DNA of 53,794 nucleotides. Origin: a virus (lineage: Duplodnaviria > Heunggongvirae > Uroviricota > Caudoviricetes). Of the stretch, positions 18,233 to 27,463 are shown piece by piece (the stretch's first letter is position 1; every line of letters starts with the position of its first letter). Both the position numbers and the translations under genes were made by a program. The stretch lies in IMG/VR virus record IMGVR_UViG_2740892439_000006, positions 1 through 53,794 of that record; one strand, written 5' to 3'. The notes under the pieces were generated by a model, which was not told the origin of the DNA, searched no databases, and saw only the letters and a list, made by a program, of their open reading frames with translations.

Positions 18233-18886
18233 ATGGAAAAGATCGCAATATTCAGCCTGACCACCAGCAAGCCTCAAATGCTCACTGCAATACTGAAAGA
18301 CGGTGCTCTCATTATTAACGAAGTAAAACCCCTTCCCGCGTCAGCATTGGAGCAAAAGCAAAAAATTCCTCCAGCTATAGCAGCCCTGCGGAAAAGCAAA
18401 TTTAAGGTACTGGTAGACGAAATTACGCCAACGATCTCCGCTGGCACCGGAGCAAGCCAGGTGACTCTCAAGACCCGTCATGCCGATGGTAGAGCAGCAA
18501 TCATCGTCGGGATGGAAAGATACAGAGAGTTAAAACTCCAGAAGCTATTATCCCTGCCGCAAAATAACAAAGGTGCTTTCGAAATCCCTGACTCCATCGT
18601 TGACACCGAATACAACGGTAACGGAGAAGAAGTCTACCGGGTGAACTGGCAGGATATCAGGCCGGAACATATTCTGATGGTCCTGTGTTGTTACGCGACC
18701 GTATACCACAACGTTGCCAGTGCGGATTACGTAGAGCAAATGACCGGTACAGTCGAGAAAGAGCAAAAAACAGGCATACTCGCTTCGTTCCTTTCCATTA
18801 TTGGGCATGAAAAAGTTAAAGCAGGCACCTCCCAGCCAAAGTCACTGGCTGGGAAAGAAGTTGATGAAGATACCGTGATACTTTGA
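18233..18886 (+). CDS. hypothetical protein
   Basis: 218 aa from MEKIAIFSL; RBS ggaggaagg. Confidence 0.45.
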   Translation: MEKIAIFSLTTSKPQMLTAILKDGALIINEVKPLPASALEQKQKIPPAIAALRKSKFKVLVDEITPTISAGTGASQVTLKTRHADGRAAIIVGMERYRELKLQKLLSLPQNNKGAFEIPDSIVDTEYNGNGEEVYRVNWQDIRPEHILMVLCCYATVYHNVASADYVEQMTGTVEKEQKTGILASFLSIIGHEKVKAGTSQPKSLAGKEVDEDTVIL

Positions 18887-19214
18887 TCACATTAGTAGCT
18901 TTGTTAACTCCCTCAATACCAGGTAGAAGAGTAACAAAAATATTAACGCGAGTATTTGAGTGGTCAATGAAGCGTTCATAAACAGATCAATTAGCATTAA
19001 TAATTCGAAGATAACATCCATGTCATTCACTCCGTTTAATTTTTAATCTAATGCCAGCAAATGAAGCTGGCCCCCGCATAAAGATTAATGAAAGTCACTT
19101 GTCACCAGTGAGGGGATTTATGAACCACATCCCCCTGAACTGGTGGCCTGTCTGTTTCTCGCATTTCACACCCTGCATACAGTTTCCCCTAAGTTATGAC
19201 TGAGAGGCTTTGTT

Positions 19215-19544
19215 ATGGGCTATAGCAGACTCGACGATAGGTACATTGAAGACGATATTTTTCGTGCGCTGTTTCACCAGGAAATGATTAAGCGGGTATC
19301 GGAGTATCACTCTGATAATTTCCAGTACACGATAAAGATTGATGAAGTATATCGTTCAGACCTTGCAGCCTACCGGGCGTATGGCAATGCAGATTTACGC
19401 TGGGTATTCCGGGTGCTGGTGGGCCATGAGTCAGAAATGGAAGAAATGCCCGCAGGGACCACATTAACTCTTCCTGATGTGGCATGGCTGAGGAACAAGA
19501 TCCGTGATTACGCGAGCGCGGAACCGGAGATAGAAAATGCCTGA
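19215..19544 (+). CDS. hypothetical protein
   Basis: 109 aa; stop overlaps next start. Confidence 0.45.
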   Translation: MGYSRLDDRYIEDDIFRALFHQEMIKRVSEYHSDNFQYTIKIDEVYRSDLAAYRAYGNADLRWVFRVLVGHESEMEEMPAGTTLTLPDVAWLRNKIRDYASAEPEIENA

Positions 19545-20730
19545 TTTCCTGAAAAACCAAGACGGGCGCTATATCACTGATGGCCTGTCCTCTAAGGACT
19601 TCACACGTTTATTCGACCTTATCAGTAAAGAACAAACCCGTAAGCGCCGACAAGCTCACCGGACGCTGACGCCCGGCAGACTGAGGAACAAATCCGCCGA
19701 AGATATTCTCAAGTTGGGGAAGAAGAAAGGCGGCACATTCTTTACGCGAGACGATCTGAAAGGTTTCGAAAAGCTACGGAGTAAAACGCGCGAAAAATAT
19801 GACAGTAAGACGGCAGGCATCACATACGCCCAGCTGGTGGCATCCAGCCAGGCAATCGATATTAAGCGTGCAAATAACGCCGTGGATGACGGATCTGGTA
19901 TCAAAAGAGCTACACCCGTCTCTCTTCGCCACAATGTGATTAATATCCGCGTAGAAGCATCGGATATATCCGTCCACCAGCACCATATCGTCCGGATACG
20001 CTTTGAAGAATGGGATCAGATGGTTGATGACATCGCAGAAGACGATAAATCAGCTCTGAAAATCACTAAATCACTGTGCGCCGGGCGAGTGTCTTTCGAT
20101 TGTGACTGTGGTCGTCATCAATACTGGTATCGTTACATCGCTACTGCGGGTAACTTTGCCCTGGCCCCGCCAAAAGAATACGCCTATCCAAAAGTCCGTA
20201 ACCCTAAGCTACAAGGCGTCGCCTGTAAACACGTGATCCACTCAATGACGCGGTTACAATCCGCAAGTTGGCAAATGAGTATTGCTCGTGCACTACAAAA
20301 GGCTGCAACGCAAATTGCATTTGGTGACGATCGCCGACGTACAACCAAACACTTCTCAAAAGAAGACGAGAAGGAGTTTAATCGCAATCGTAGCAGTAAA
20401 ACGAACGTTGAAGCCGCCAAACGCGAATGGAGACTCTATCAGAAGCGCCAGGCAGCTTTAAGTACAAAACTGGCAAAGGACAACGGCAAGATCGACAAGC
20501 TACGTGACCAATTGACCAGGGCCAGAAAGTTGTCAGACGCACAGAAAAAACGGGCGGCTGCAAAAGAAGCGGCCTTGCAACGTGAGAAACAGAAAAATAA
20601 GGAACTTCAGCAACGCCTTGCCGATCAGTTCGCACTGAAGAAGCAGGCGTTCATTGATGCGCTTGTCATGGCTGGAACGCCACAAGAACAGGCTGAGAAG
20701 ATGTTTATAGAGTACGTGAAAAAAGCATAA
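19537..20730 (+). CDS. SWIM-zinc-finger-like protein with C-terminal coiled coil
   Basis: FDCDCGRH...(n)...CKHV fits CxCxnCxH; basic coiled-coil tail. Confidence 0.5.
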   Translation: MPDFLKNQDGRYITDGLSSKDFTRLFDLISKEQTRKRRQAHRTLTPGRLRNKSAEDILKLGKKKGGTFFTRDDLKGFEKLRSKTREKYDSKTAGITYAQLVASSQAIDIKRANNAVDDGSGIKRATPVSLRHNVINIRVEASDISVHQHHIVRIRFEEWDQMVDDIAEDDKSALKITKSLCAGRVSFDCDCGRHQYWYRYIATAGNFALAPPKEYAYPKVRNPKLQGVACKHVIHSMTRLQSASWQMSIARALQKAATQIAFGDDRRRTTKHFSKEDEKEFNRNRSSKTNVEAAKREWRLYQKRQAALSTKLAKDNGKIDKLRDQLTRARKLSDAQKKRAAAKEAALQREKQKNKELQQRLADQFALKKQAFIDALVMAGTPQEQAEKMFIEYVKKA

Positions 20731-20775
20731 ACCACACATAGCCTAGTAGTTTATGCTGGGCTTTCATTTTTTTGA
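20717..20775. terminator. bidirectional terminator between convergent genes
   Basis: stem agcataaac/gtttatgct flanked by A-run and T-run. Confidence 0.5.
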
Positions 20776-21492
20776 AAGATCAATTCCAGTATTATCAAAT
20801 AAACTGGAAATATCAGACACCAATTTATTAAAATGCTTGTCATCATTATAGAATGATGTGCTTTTTATAGCGACTATAAAATCACATAAATCTTGCGGAG
20901 ATTCAATGCTAACACCCTTATTTTTATATAGTTCAATAATACTGCCAACATCAGTATGCAATAGTTTTATCGCGCCACAAATTTCTCGCTGTTTCGTAGT
21001 TAGGTCATTAAGTTTATTTTCATTTTCATATAAGATTTGTTTTGAATATTTAGCATCATTGGTTGCTTGATTTAACTTTGTTTTCTTTCTTTGCAATTCT
21101 ATTCTTTTATCATAATCAGCAACTTCATCTAAATATCTTATTTCAGTGTATAATTTACTTGTTAGCTTAGATATCTTCAGTGTGAGAAAAGGAGCTAATA
21201 CAGATGCAAATACTCCATAAATAAATGGAATTACAACGTGATAAACCCACGGGGATACAATCCAATTATCAAAGAACGGGACATTACCACCAACAAAAAC
21301 AATAGATAATGTATATAGGATGTCGTCCTTTGACTTTAATATAATTAAAATATCCTTCCAGTTAATGATTAGAAAAGAAATGACAACATATGCAAAAACC
21401 TTGTTAAATATTTTATCTTTTATAATCTCAGAAAATGATTTTAGTTCTGTTTCATTTATAGACGGATTATCTTTAACTTTTTCTGACATCAT
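20764..21492 (-). CDS. membrane protein with cytoplasmic coiled coil (Abi-like candidate)
   Basis: 242 aa, very AT-rich codon usage, hydrophobic N-terminal half. Confidence 0.45.
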   Translation of the reverse strand: MMSEKVKDNPSINETELKSFSEIIKDKIFNKVFAYVVISFLIINWKDILIILKSKDDILYTLSIVFVGGNVPFFDNWIVSPWVYHVVIPFIYGVFASVLAPFLTLKISKLTSKLYTEIRYLDEVADYDKRIELQRKKTKLNQATNDAKYSKQILYENENKLNDLTTKQREICGAIKLLHTDVGSIIELYKNKGVSIESPQDLCDFIVAIKSTSFYNDDKHFNKLVSDISSLFDNTGIDLSKK

Positions 21493-21513
21493 AGCTTATC
21501 CTGATTACTTTTA

Positions 21514-21714
21514 TTATGGATAGTTAAAAGATTCAACAGGTGATGGTGGCTGAATTGGGTAATGTTTCTTCTCGTACTCCTCAATGAGAAGACTCATAAC
21601 CTCAAAGAAATCACCTTCCGGAGTATTCATTTCCGGTTCGTTATCGAACATCGGTTCGACAGCACGCAGTGCGGCCTCATAATCTTGTTCTGTACGGATA
21701 GGTTTAATGTTCAT
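21514..21714 (-). CDS. HigA-like N-terminal domain fragment (no HTH)
   Basis: 66 aa; TEQDYEAALRAVEPMF...EPEMNTPEGD resembles N-domain of two-domain HigA antitoxins. Confidence 0.4.
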   Translation of the reverse strand: MNIKPIRTEQDYEAALRAVEPMFDNEPEMNTPEGDFFEVMSLLIEEYEKKHYPIQPPSPVESFNYP

Positions 21715-21726
21715 TAATTACAAAGG

Positions 21727-21758
21727 AAAGCCCACTTGCTAAGTGGGCTTTTTGTATG
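21727..21758. terminator. terminator-like hairpin
   Basis: stem agcccactt/aagtgggct followed by ttttt. Confidence 0.35.
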
Positions 21759-21770
21759 TGTTTTACTATA

Positions 21771-22109
21771 TCAGGCTGCTTTTTTATTCAGGTTCCGCTG
21801 AGAAATAAATTTTTCAGCAGTATTGATACGACTTAACTCTTCCTGAACGCGCATATCATTTTCGACTTCCCACAGGTCTACTGCGGTCTGAAGATTAATC
21901 CAAAAATCTACAGAAGTATCGAATGCTTTTGCCAGGCGATATGCCATATCCATCGTTAGCTTACGATTATTATTAACAAGAGCACTTACGGTGTTACGAT
22001 GAACATGAAGTATTTCTGCTAACTCGTTGATCTTCAGCTCTAACGGCTCCAGGTATTCGTACAGCAGGATATCACCTACGGTCGTCGGTTTTCTGGTTGC
22101 CTGTTTCAT
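21771..22109 (-). CDS. higA: HigA-family antitoxin (XRE HTH)
   Basis: VGDILLYEYLEPLELKINELAEILHVHRNTVSALVNNNRKLTMDMAYRLAKAFDTSVDFWINLQ matches HigA family pattern. Confidence 0.7.
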   Translation of the reverse strand: MKQATRKPTTVGDILLYEYLEPLELKINELAEILHVHRNTVSALVNNNRKLTMDMAYRLAKAFDTSVDFWINLQTAVDLWEVENDMRVQEELSRINTAEKFISQRNLNKKAA

Positions 22110-22179
22110 TTTTTGCCCTTACTAGCGTGCGTATTAAGTGGACTCTGGTCAGAACCCGGTCCGTAACCGGGTATCTGTT

Positions 22180-22482
22180 TTAGTATTTGTGAGGGTCGAG
22201 ATACAAGTCCTCGGCCTTTCCGTTAACCCACTTAAAAATTAACCTATATTGCTTATTCACCCTTACTGATGAATAGCCATTTAGCTTCCCTGACAGTTCC
22301 TCATACCGATTACCTGGTGGTGATCTTAAATCCTTACAGGTAGTTGCGGCATTGATAATGTCCAACTTCCGTGACAATGTCATATGAATATCAGGAGGTA
22401 TCTTTCTATGTGGTGTTGAAAATTCAAAAAAATCATCAAGCCACGCATCCCTGAAATCCTTTATGTTAATTTTTTTGGTCAT
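22180..22482 (-). CDS. higB: HigB-family toxin (RelE/ParE superfamily)
   Basis: LRSPPGNRYEELSG...YSSVRVNKQYRLIFKW matches HigB pattern; upstream of higA. Confidence 0.7.
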   Translation of the reverse strand: MTKKINIKDFRDAWLDDFFEFSTPHRKIPPDIHMTLSRKLDIINAATTCKDLRSPPGNRYEELSGKLNGYSSVRVNKQYRLIFKWVNGKAEDLYLDPHKY

Positions 22483-22632
22483 TAGTCATTTGATCCTCCG
22501 TGATGATTACCGAATGCCATAACTATAGCGCACCGTTGCACTGTGCGCAAGTGCATTTTATGAATTCCCCCTCCTTCATCCAAAATCACAATCTCCAGAA
22601 AATCTTCCTTTCGATACCTGACAGATCGACCT

Positions 22633-23436
22633 TTGAGGATGCTTATGGGCCGTTTTGACGAATGGTTTGCTGACGATGCAAACCTGGCAAGTAAGGAGTC
22701 AGAACATGACAGCACGCAGAGAGAAACGCCAGCGCCGATTGAAGCGAATGCAGGAGGCGCGCCGGAACATGGCAATACAGGTTCGGATTCATTCAGCATT
22801 CTGGAAGAGCAACCCGCCGCCAAAGCTGATAGCCATGATAATTTTGCTGATAGCAACGGTGGCCTTACTCCGGATGCTGGCGAATCAGATATAGCCATAC
22901 TTCCATCTTCCCTGGCTGGCAGAGAACCGACTCCACAGTTAAAAGCACGCTATAACGGGCATAAAGCCTTTAACGACCAAATCCGCGCAGACTGGATGCT
23001 GATTATTGAATCCAGCCCAGACGCGTTTCAGGCTCTCTTATATCGACCAGATGTTGGCACATATGGGGTAGTCAGCGACGAAACAGGAGAAGAGTCATTC
23101 ACTGAACTGGATAACAACCAACGCGAACTGACTTACCAGGAACCTGAAATCGTTTATGTGCTGGATAACCCTGACGGGCGTGACTCTTTCCATGCGATTG
23201 ACGCAGACGGTGAGCAGGATGGCTTAACCGATGATGTTCTGATTCTGCGTATTGCAGCAAATAACGTCCCCGTCGGCTCAATTCTTGAATGGAATGAAGA
23301 GATGGTAAACGGCGTAGCGCGCCGCTGGTGGTACGTGCACCGTATTTTTAGCTACGGCACACAGCATGTTGGTTCGCTTTACTACTGCATACCTGCCAGG
23401 AATTTTGATACGACTCAAAACGGAGTGATCGAATGA
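22633..23436 (+). CDS. hypothetical acidic protein (start uncertain)
   Basis: 267 aa track ORF; 3-prime end coupled to next gene (ATGA); N-terminal part overlaps an SD-preceded small ORF in another frame. Confidence 0.35.
   Translation: MRMLMGRFDEWFADDANLASKESEHDSTQRETPAPIEANAGGAPEHGNTGSDSFSILEEQPAAKADSHDNFADSNGGLTPDAGESDIAILPSSLAGREPTPQLKARYNGHKAFNDQIRADWMLIIESSPDAFQALLYRPDVGTYGVVSDETGEESFTELDNNQRELTYQEPEIVYVLDNPDGRDSFHAIDADGEQDGLTDDVLILRIAANNVPVGSILEWNEEMVNGVARRWWYVHRIFSYGTQHVGSLYYCIPARNFDTTQNGVIE
22706..22894 (+). CDS. small basic protein with C-terminal transmembrane helix
   Basis: Strong RBS taaggag 7 nt upstream of ATG; 62 aa, R/K-rich N-terminus then hydrophobic stretch. Confidence 0.35.
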   Translation: MTARREKRQRRLKRMQEARRNMAIQVRIHSAFWKSNPPPKLIAMIILLIATVALLRMLANQI

Positions 23437-24200
23437 CTTCAAATAAAACCCTCCTGGCGCGAACAGGTGAATGGCAAACCTCACGCACAGGAAAATTCCA
23501 GACCACGGGCTTTGAAAACGTGGATAACGCGTTTGCGACGCTAATCAGCAACATTTTTTCTGATATCTTACTGGTGGCCCCCGCGCCGGAAGAAAAACGC
23601 TTTGCGTCATTCCTGAATCGTCCACCAGCAGAGCGTGTCTATGTGGCCCGTTTCGACAATGCGATCGAGTTTCTTAAAGCAGTTCGTCGCGCAAATGCCG
23701 GGCAAGGGAGAAAACCTGAAAACCAGAACATTAACCGGGATGCTCTCCCCCTGGTCAATATCTCACGCACTATGGATATCAATTATATCAACGATGATCA
23801 GCAGATTGACCGCAAAAAAGTAGCCAGTTTTTGCGAACCGGATACCGGAATGCCTTTAGCAGAACTGGAATACACCCAGGCCATTCTGACGTATGACGTT
23901 ACGTTAATGGCAACTGATAAAGCGACCATGAGTCTGATGTGTAATTCGCTGGGCGCACGCCTTCGCCTGATGACAGGTACACAATTTGAAGCAACCACTC
24001 ACCTTGTTCGTGTCCCGGTCCCGCTGATTTGCTCGATACAGGATTCCAAAGAAGTCGGCTTTACGGATGTTTCAGCACCAATTGGAGAAGAGCGTATTTA
24101 TGCCACACAAGCGCCGATAAGTGTGATTGCAGACGTGATCACAGCATGGGAGTTGGACGCAAAACGTATTATTACCGAAACCTCGATATCTATGGGGTGA
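23433..24200 (+). CDS. putative tail/baseplate structural protein
   Basis: 255 aa; translationally coupled series leading to spike-like gene. Confidence 0.4.
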   Translation: MTSNKTLLARTGEWQTSRTGKFQTTGFENVDNAFATLISNIFSDILLVAPAPEEKRFASFLNRPPAERVYVARFDNAIEFLKAVRRANAGQGRKPENQNINRDALPLVNISRTMDINYINDDQQIDRKKVASFCEPDTGMPLAELEYTQAILTYDVTLMATDKATMSLMCNSLGARLRLMTGTQFEATTHLVRVPVPLICSIQDSKEVGFTDVSAPIGEERIYATQAPISVIADVITAWELDAKRIITETSISMG

Positions 24201-24203
24201 TAA

Positions 24204-25184
24204 GTGGCCCAGGAGTTACAACAATATTTTCTACAGTCAGTGCTCATTAACGATAACAAAGTGCCACGAGACTGGATTTTTACCGCAGTATATGTAGAAA
24301 AAACCAGCCTCAAAGCCCCTTTGCTAAAACTGGAAATTCATGACGCTACCGGCACCGTAATTGATGACTGGAAAGCCAAATACGGTGCATCGCTGGTGGC
24401 TGAAATGGGCGATCCAAACGGTAATGCAGGCACTTTTAAAACAGATTTCTTTGTTACGTCTGCAATGCTGGCTGGTGATGTTGTTACCGTTATTGCTGTC
24501 AGTGAAGACGTGCGCAGGTTTAAGATCCCCTCCCCGCGCACAAATTTACATACCAACAAAACACCAGACGCTATATTCAAGGCATATTCCGGCAAGCTTA
24601 AAATTACCAGCAGCGTGCTAAAACGCGCAGTTACATATCATCTGAATGCCGGTGACAAACCGTCAAAAATGCTTTCGGAGATAGCGCGAGACAAAGGTGC
24701 ATTATGTTGGGTATGCCGGGGGGAATTTAACTTTTACACCCTGGCTGATCTGATGAAGCAAACGCCATCATTTACCTACGAGGGGAATAACCCTAAAGCA
24801 GAATACACTTTGTCCAAAATGCGCCTACTCCAACAGGAACATGCGACAACAGCAAAGAATCAATATCGTTTTGTTGGGTATTCCATGACCGATGGCTACG
24901 TCGAATATGGCGATAGCTCACTCCCAGTGCGTTATATATCCGACTCTGATATGGAAACTCTTCGCAATATGCAGCTGTCTCTCGTCCCCAAAATGGATAT
25001 AGAAGTCGCAGGCAATCCTGATATAAAACCGGGGATGGTGATAGAGATTATCGTATACCGCTATGACCAGGAAAACCGCATTGATGAATCAATGCCCCGT
25101 AAGCTGATAGTAAAAAATGTTGCGCACTTTGAAGACCGCGTAGGCTACACAACACGAATGATATTGGGAGTGCCGAACAAATGA
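24204..25184 (+). CDS. putative baseplate structural protein
   Basis: 326 aa; GTG start after upstream stop; coupled to next gene. Confidence 0.4.
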   Translation: MAQELQQYFLQSVLINDNKVPRDWIFTAVYVEKTSLKAPLLKLEIHDATGTVIDDWKAKYGASLVAEMGDPNGNAGTFKTDFFVTSAMLAGDVVTVIAVSEDVRRFKIPSPRTNLHTNKTPDAIFKAYSGKLKITSSVLKRAVTYHLNAGDKPSKMLSEIARDKGALCWVCRGEFNFYTLADLMKQTPSFTYEGNNPKAEYTLSKMRLLQQEHATTAKNQYRFVGYSMTDGYVEYGDSSLPVRYISDSDMETLRNMQLSLVPKMDIEVAGNPDIKPGMVIEIIVYRYDQENRIDESMPRKLIVKNVAHFEDRVGYTTRMILGVPNK

Positions 25185-25834
25185 AGCGTAGAGCGCAAAT
25201 TGTTGGAACTGTGCACCCGGCAGGGCTTATGCGTGCTCAAGTCCGTGTTTTACCTGACTGGAATGGCGTTCCTGATGACGATCTACCCTGGGCGGAATAC
25301 CTGTTACCCATCGGAAACGCTTTTGTACCCACAGTCAAAGGTGACCTGGTCTGGGTAGAGTTTCCTTATTTAGATGTTAACGGTCGAATAGACACCAGAC
25401 GCCCAATGATAGTTGGTGCCGCTCAGGATGCACCGGGAGGAATTCCAAACGTTGCACCAGAAGCATCTGGCAAAGGCAACGGCTGGACGCCGCCGGAAGT
25501 AGATGGAGCACCTCCCCGCCCCCAAATCTCAGCAACGAAAGACTTCGTTATTCACCGCAACAATATTCTTGAAGTACGAACTGCTGGTGGCGGCTATGAA
25601 ATTGCCAATACGGCAGCAGGCTCAAGGATTGGCATGAATGAGTCCGGGCAGATATATATCATTGGTCCGGCTGATGTAATCGTGAATGCAGGAGGGAGTG
25701 TTAACGTCAAATCAGCCAACAACATCAATGTTAAAGGGGAAAATATTGCTGTCACCGCTAACGGAGACATAGCTTTCAAGGCAGGAGGAACCTTTCAGGC
25801 CACTGCTAGCAACTTCGATTTCAAGAAAGGATAG
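25181..25834 (+). CDS. baseplate spike / gpV-like protein
   Basis: N-terminal OB-like region (GTVHPAG..AQVRV...GDLVWVEFP) and C-terminal Gly/Asn-rich beta-helix-like repeats. Confidence 0.5.
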   Translation: MKRRAQIVGTVHPAGLMRAQVRVLPDWNGVPDDDLPWAEYLLPIGNAFVPTVKGDLVWVEFPYLDVNGRIDTRRPMIVGAAQDAPGGIPNVAPEASGKGNGWTPPEVDGAPPRPQISATKDFVIHRNNILEVRTAGGGYEIANTAAGSRIGMNESGQIYIIGPADVIVNAGGSVNVKSANNINVKGENIAVTANGDIAFKAGGTFQATASNFDFKKG

Positions 25835-25843
25835 AAAATGCAC

Positions 25844-25887
25844 CCATTTGTGTTAGATAATTAATATGTATTTTCTAACACAAATGG
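25844..25887. promoter_or_regulatory. palindromic operator-like site D (perfect 14-bp arms, TGTTAGA-N16-TCTAACA core)
   Basis: ccatttgtgttaga ... tctaacacaaatgg immediately upstream of rdgC start. Confidence 0.55.
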
Positions 25888-25893
25888 TGAGAC

Positions 25894-26799
25894 ATGAGAT
25901 CAGTCGCTTTCAAAAATATCTTCATCTATCGTCTTTCACGCGAAGTTAGCTGGGATACTGCAGAAGTAAATGCAGCCCTTAGCAAGTTTGTGTTTACCCC
26001 ATGCGGTTCTCAGGATATGGCTAAAGCTGGTTGGACCCCCGTTCTTGGCGACAACCTCACCCATGAATACCAAGGTTTTCTTCTGATACAGCATAAACGA
26101 GAGGAAAAAATCCTACCCTCTCAAGTGCTCAAAGAAGAGTTACAGAAAAAAATCCTGACACTTGAAGAAGAGCAAGACAGAAAGCTGAAGAAGACTGAAA
26201 AAGATTCGCTGAAGGATGAAGTGCTTCACTCTCTGCTTCCTCGTGCTTTCACGAGAAAATCAGTCGCTAAAATCCTGATAGACCGAAGCAATCATCTGGT
26301 TTTTGTCGAGGCCAGCAGTGCTAAAAAAGCAGAGGATCAGCTGGCTTTGTTACGGAAATCGCTTGGCAGCTTGCCCGTTGTCCCCTTCTCTCCGAAAGAC
26401 CCATTAGAACTGACCATCACTGGCTGGATTAAAAATGGCTTCCCGAACGGTTTCCGTGCCGGTGAGGAAGCGACCTTAAAAGCATTGCTTGATGATGGCG
26501 GCGCGGTCCGCTGCAAAAAAGTGGACCTGCTATCCGACGAGATCATGAGTCATATAGAAGCTGGTAAGGTTGCAACCACAGTTGCGGTTAACTGGCAAGA
26601 CCGTGCATTTTTCAGACTGAATGACGATATGAGTATCAAGGCTTTGTCGTTCAGCGACGAATTGTACGACCAGAACGACGATATTGATCGAGAGGATGTT
26701 GCGCAACGATTTGACGCTGACTTTATCCTGTTTACTGCTGAATTATCCGCGATGTTCACTTCGCTGGTGGAGGCCGTTGGTGGTGAAGCAGAACGTTAA
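25894..26799 (+). CDS. rdgC: recombination-associated protein RdgC homolog
   Basis: [76 protein letters not shown] match E. coli RdgC as recalled. Confidence 0.85.
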   Translation: MRSVAFKNIFIYRLSREVSWDTAEVNAALSKFVFTPCGSQDMAKAGWTPVLGDNLTHEYQGFLLIQHKREEKILPSQVLKEELQKKILTLEEEQDRKLKKTEKDSLKDEVLHSLLPRAFTRKSVAKILIDRSNHLVFVEASSAKKAEDQLALLRKSLGSLPVVPFSPKDPLELTITGWIKNGFPNGFRAGEEATLKALLDDGGAVRCKKVDLLSDEIMSHIEAGKVATTVAVNWQDRAFFRLNDDMSIKALSFSDELYDQNDDIDREDVAQRFDADFILFTAELSAMFTSLVEAVGGEAER

Positions 26800-26812
26800 C
26801 AATAGACCTCTG

Positions 26813-27463
26813 ATGGTGAGTCTTTGTGATTTCACGGGGAAAATGGTCGCCCCCTGGCTGGAGCATGGTATAGATGCTGTTATCGTCGATCCACAACACG
26901 CAGAGACCAGAGATGAGCTGATGCAATCAGGCGCAGTTCTGACACGTATCAGTGCGATTATCGATAGTGATGAAGTTTATGCTTTTCTCCGAAATAATTT
27001 ACAACGTATTGTGTTTTTAGCTGGTTTTCCGCCGTGCACGGACCTTGCTGTTTCCGGTGCGCGCTGGTTTGCGCATAAGGCTGACAAAGATCCGTTTTTC
27101 CAGTTCAAAGCGATGCAGGTCGTCTGGCAGTGTTACGATATTGCAAAGATGATTGGTTGCCCGTACATGATTGAAAACCCGGTCAGCCAAATATCGACAT
27201 TCTGGCGTAAACCTGATCACATCTTCCATCCTTACCACTTCACTGCATATTGCAAGGAAGACAATTACACCAAAAAAACATGCCTCTGGAGCGGGCAAGG
27301 CTTTGTCATGCCTGATGCCCTAATGGACGAATCATTAGGCAAGCCAGATAACAGAATCCATACCGCGCCACCTGGACCTGAAAGGGCTAATTTTCGAAGT
27401 GCTACTCCGCATGGATTCGCAAAGGCAGTTTTCGAAGCGAATAAGGGGGTGCTCTATGAGTAA
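26813..27463 (+). CDS. C5-cytosine methyltransferase-like protein (short, no obvious TRD)
   Basis: FLAGFPPCTDLAVSG (PC motif IV-like) and MIENPV (ENV motif VI-like); start at ATG 26813 just after rdgC stop. Confidence 0.4.
   Translation: MVSLCDFTGKMVAPWLEHGIDAVIVDPQHAETRDELMQSGAVLTRISAIIDSDEVYAFLRNNLQRIVFLAGFPPCTDLAVSGARWFAHKADKDPFFQFKAMQVVWQCYDIAKMIGCPYMIENPVSQISTFWRKPDHIFHPYHFTAYCKEDNYTKKTCLWSGQGFVMPDALMDESLGKPDNRIHTAPPGPERANFRSATPHGFAKAVFEANKGVLYE

Noticed and set aside
22482-22898. Minus-strand 138-aa ORF overlapping higB upstream region and the 22633 ORF
   Set aside because: No RBS, Ala/Ser-rich low-complexity translation in a GC-rich stretch, antisense to better-supported plus-strand coding
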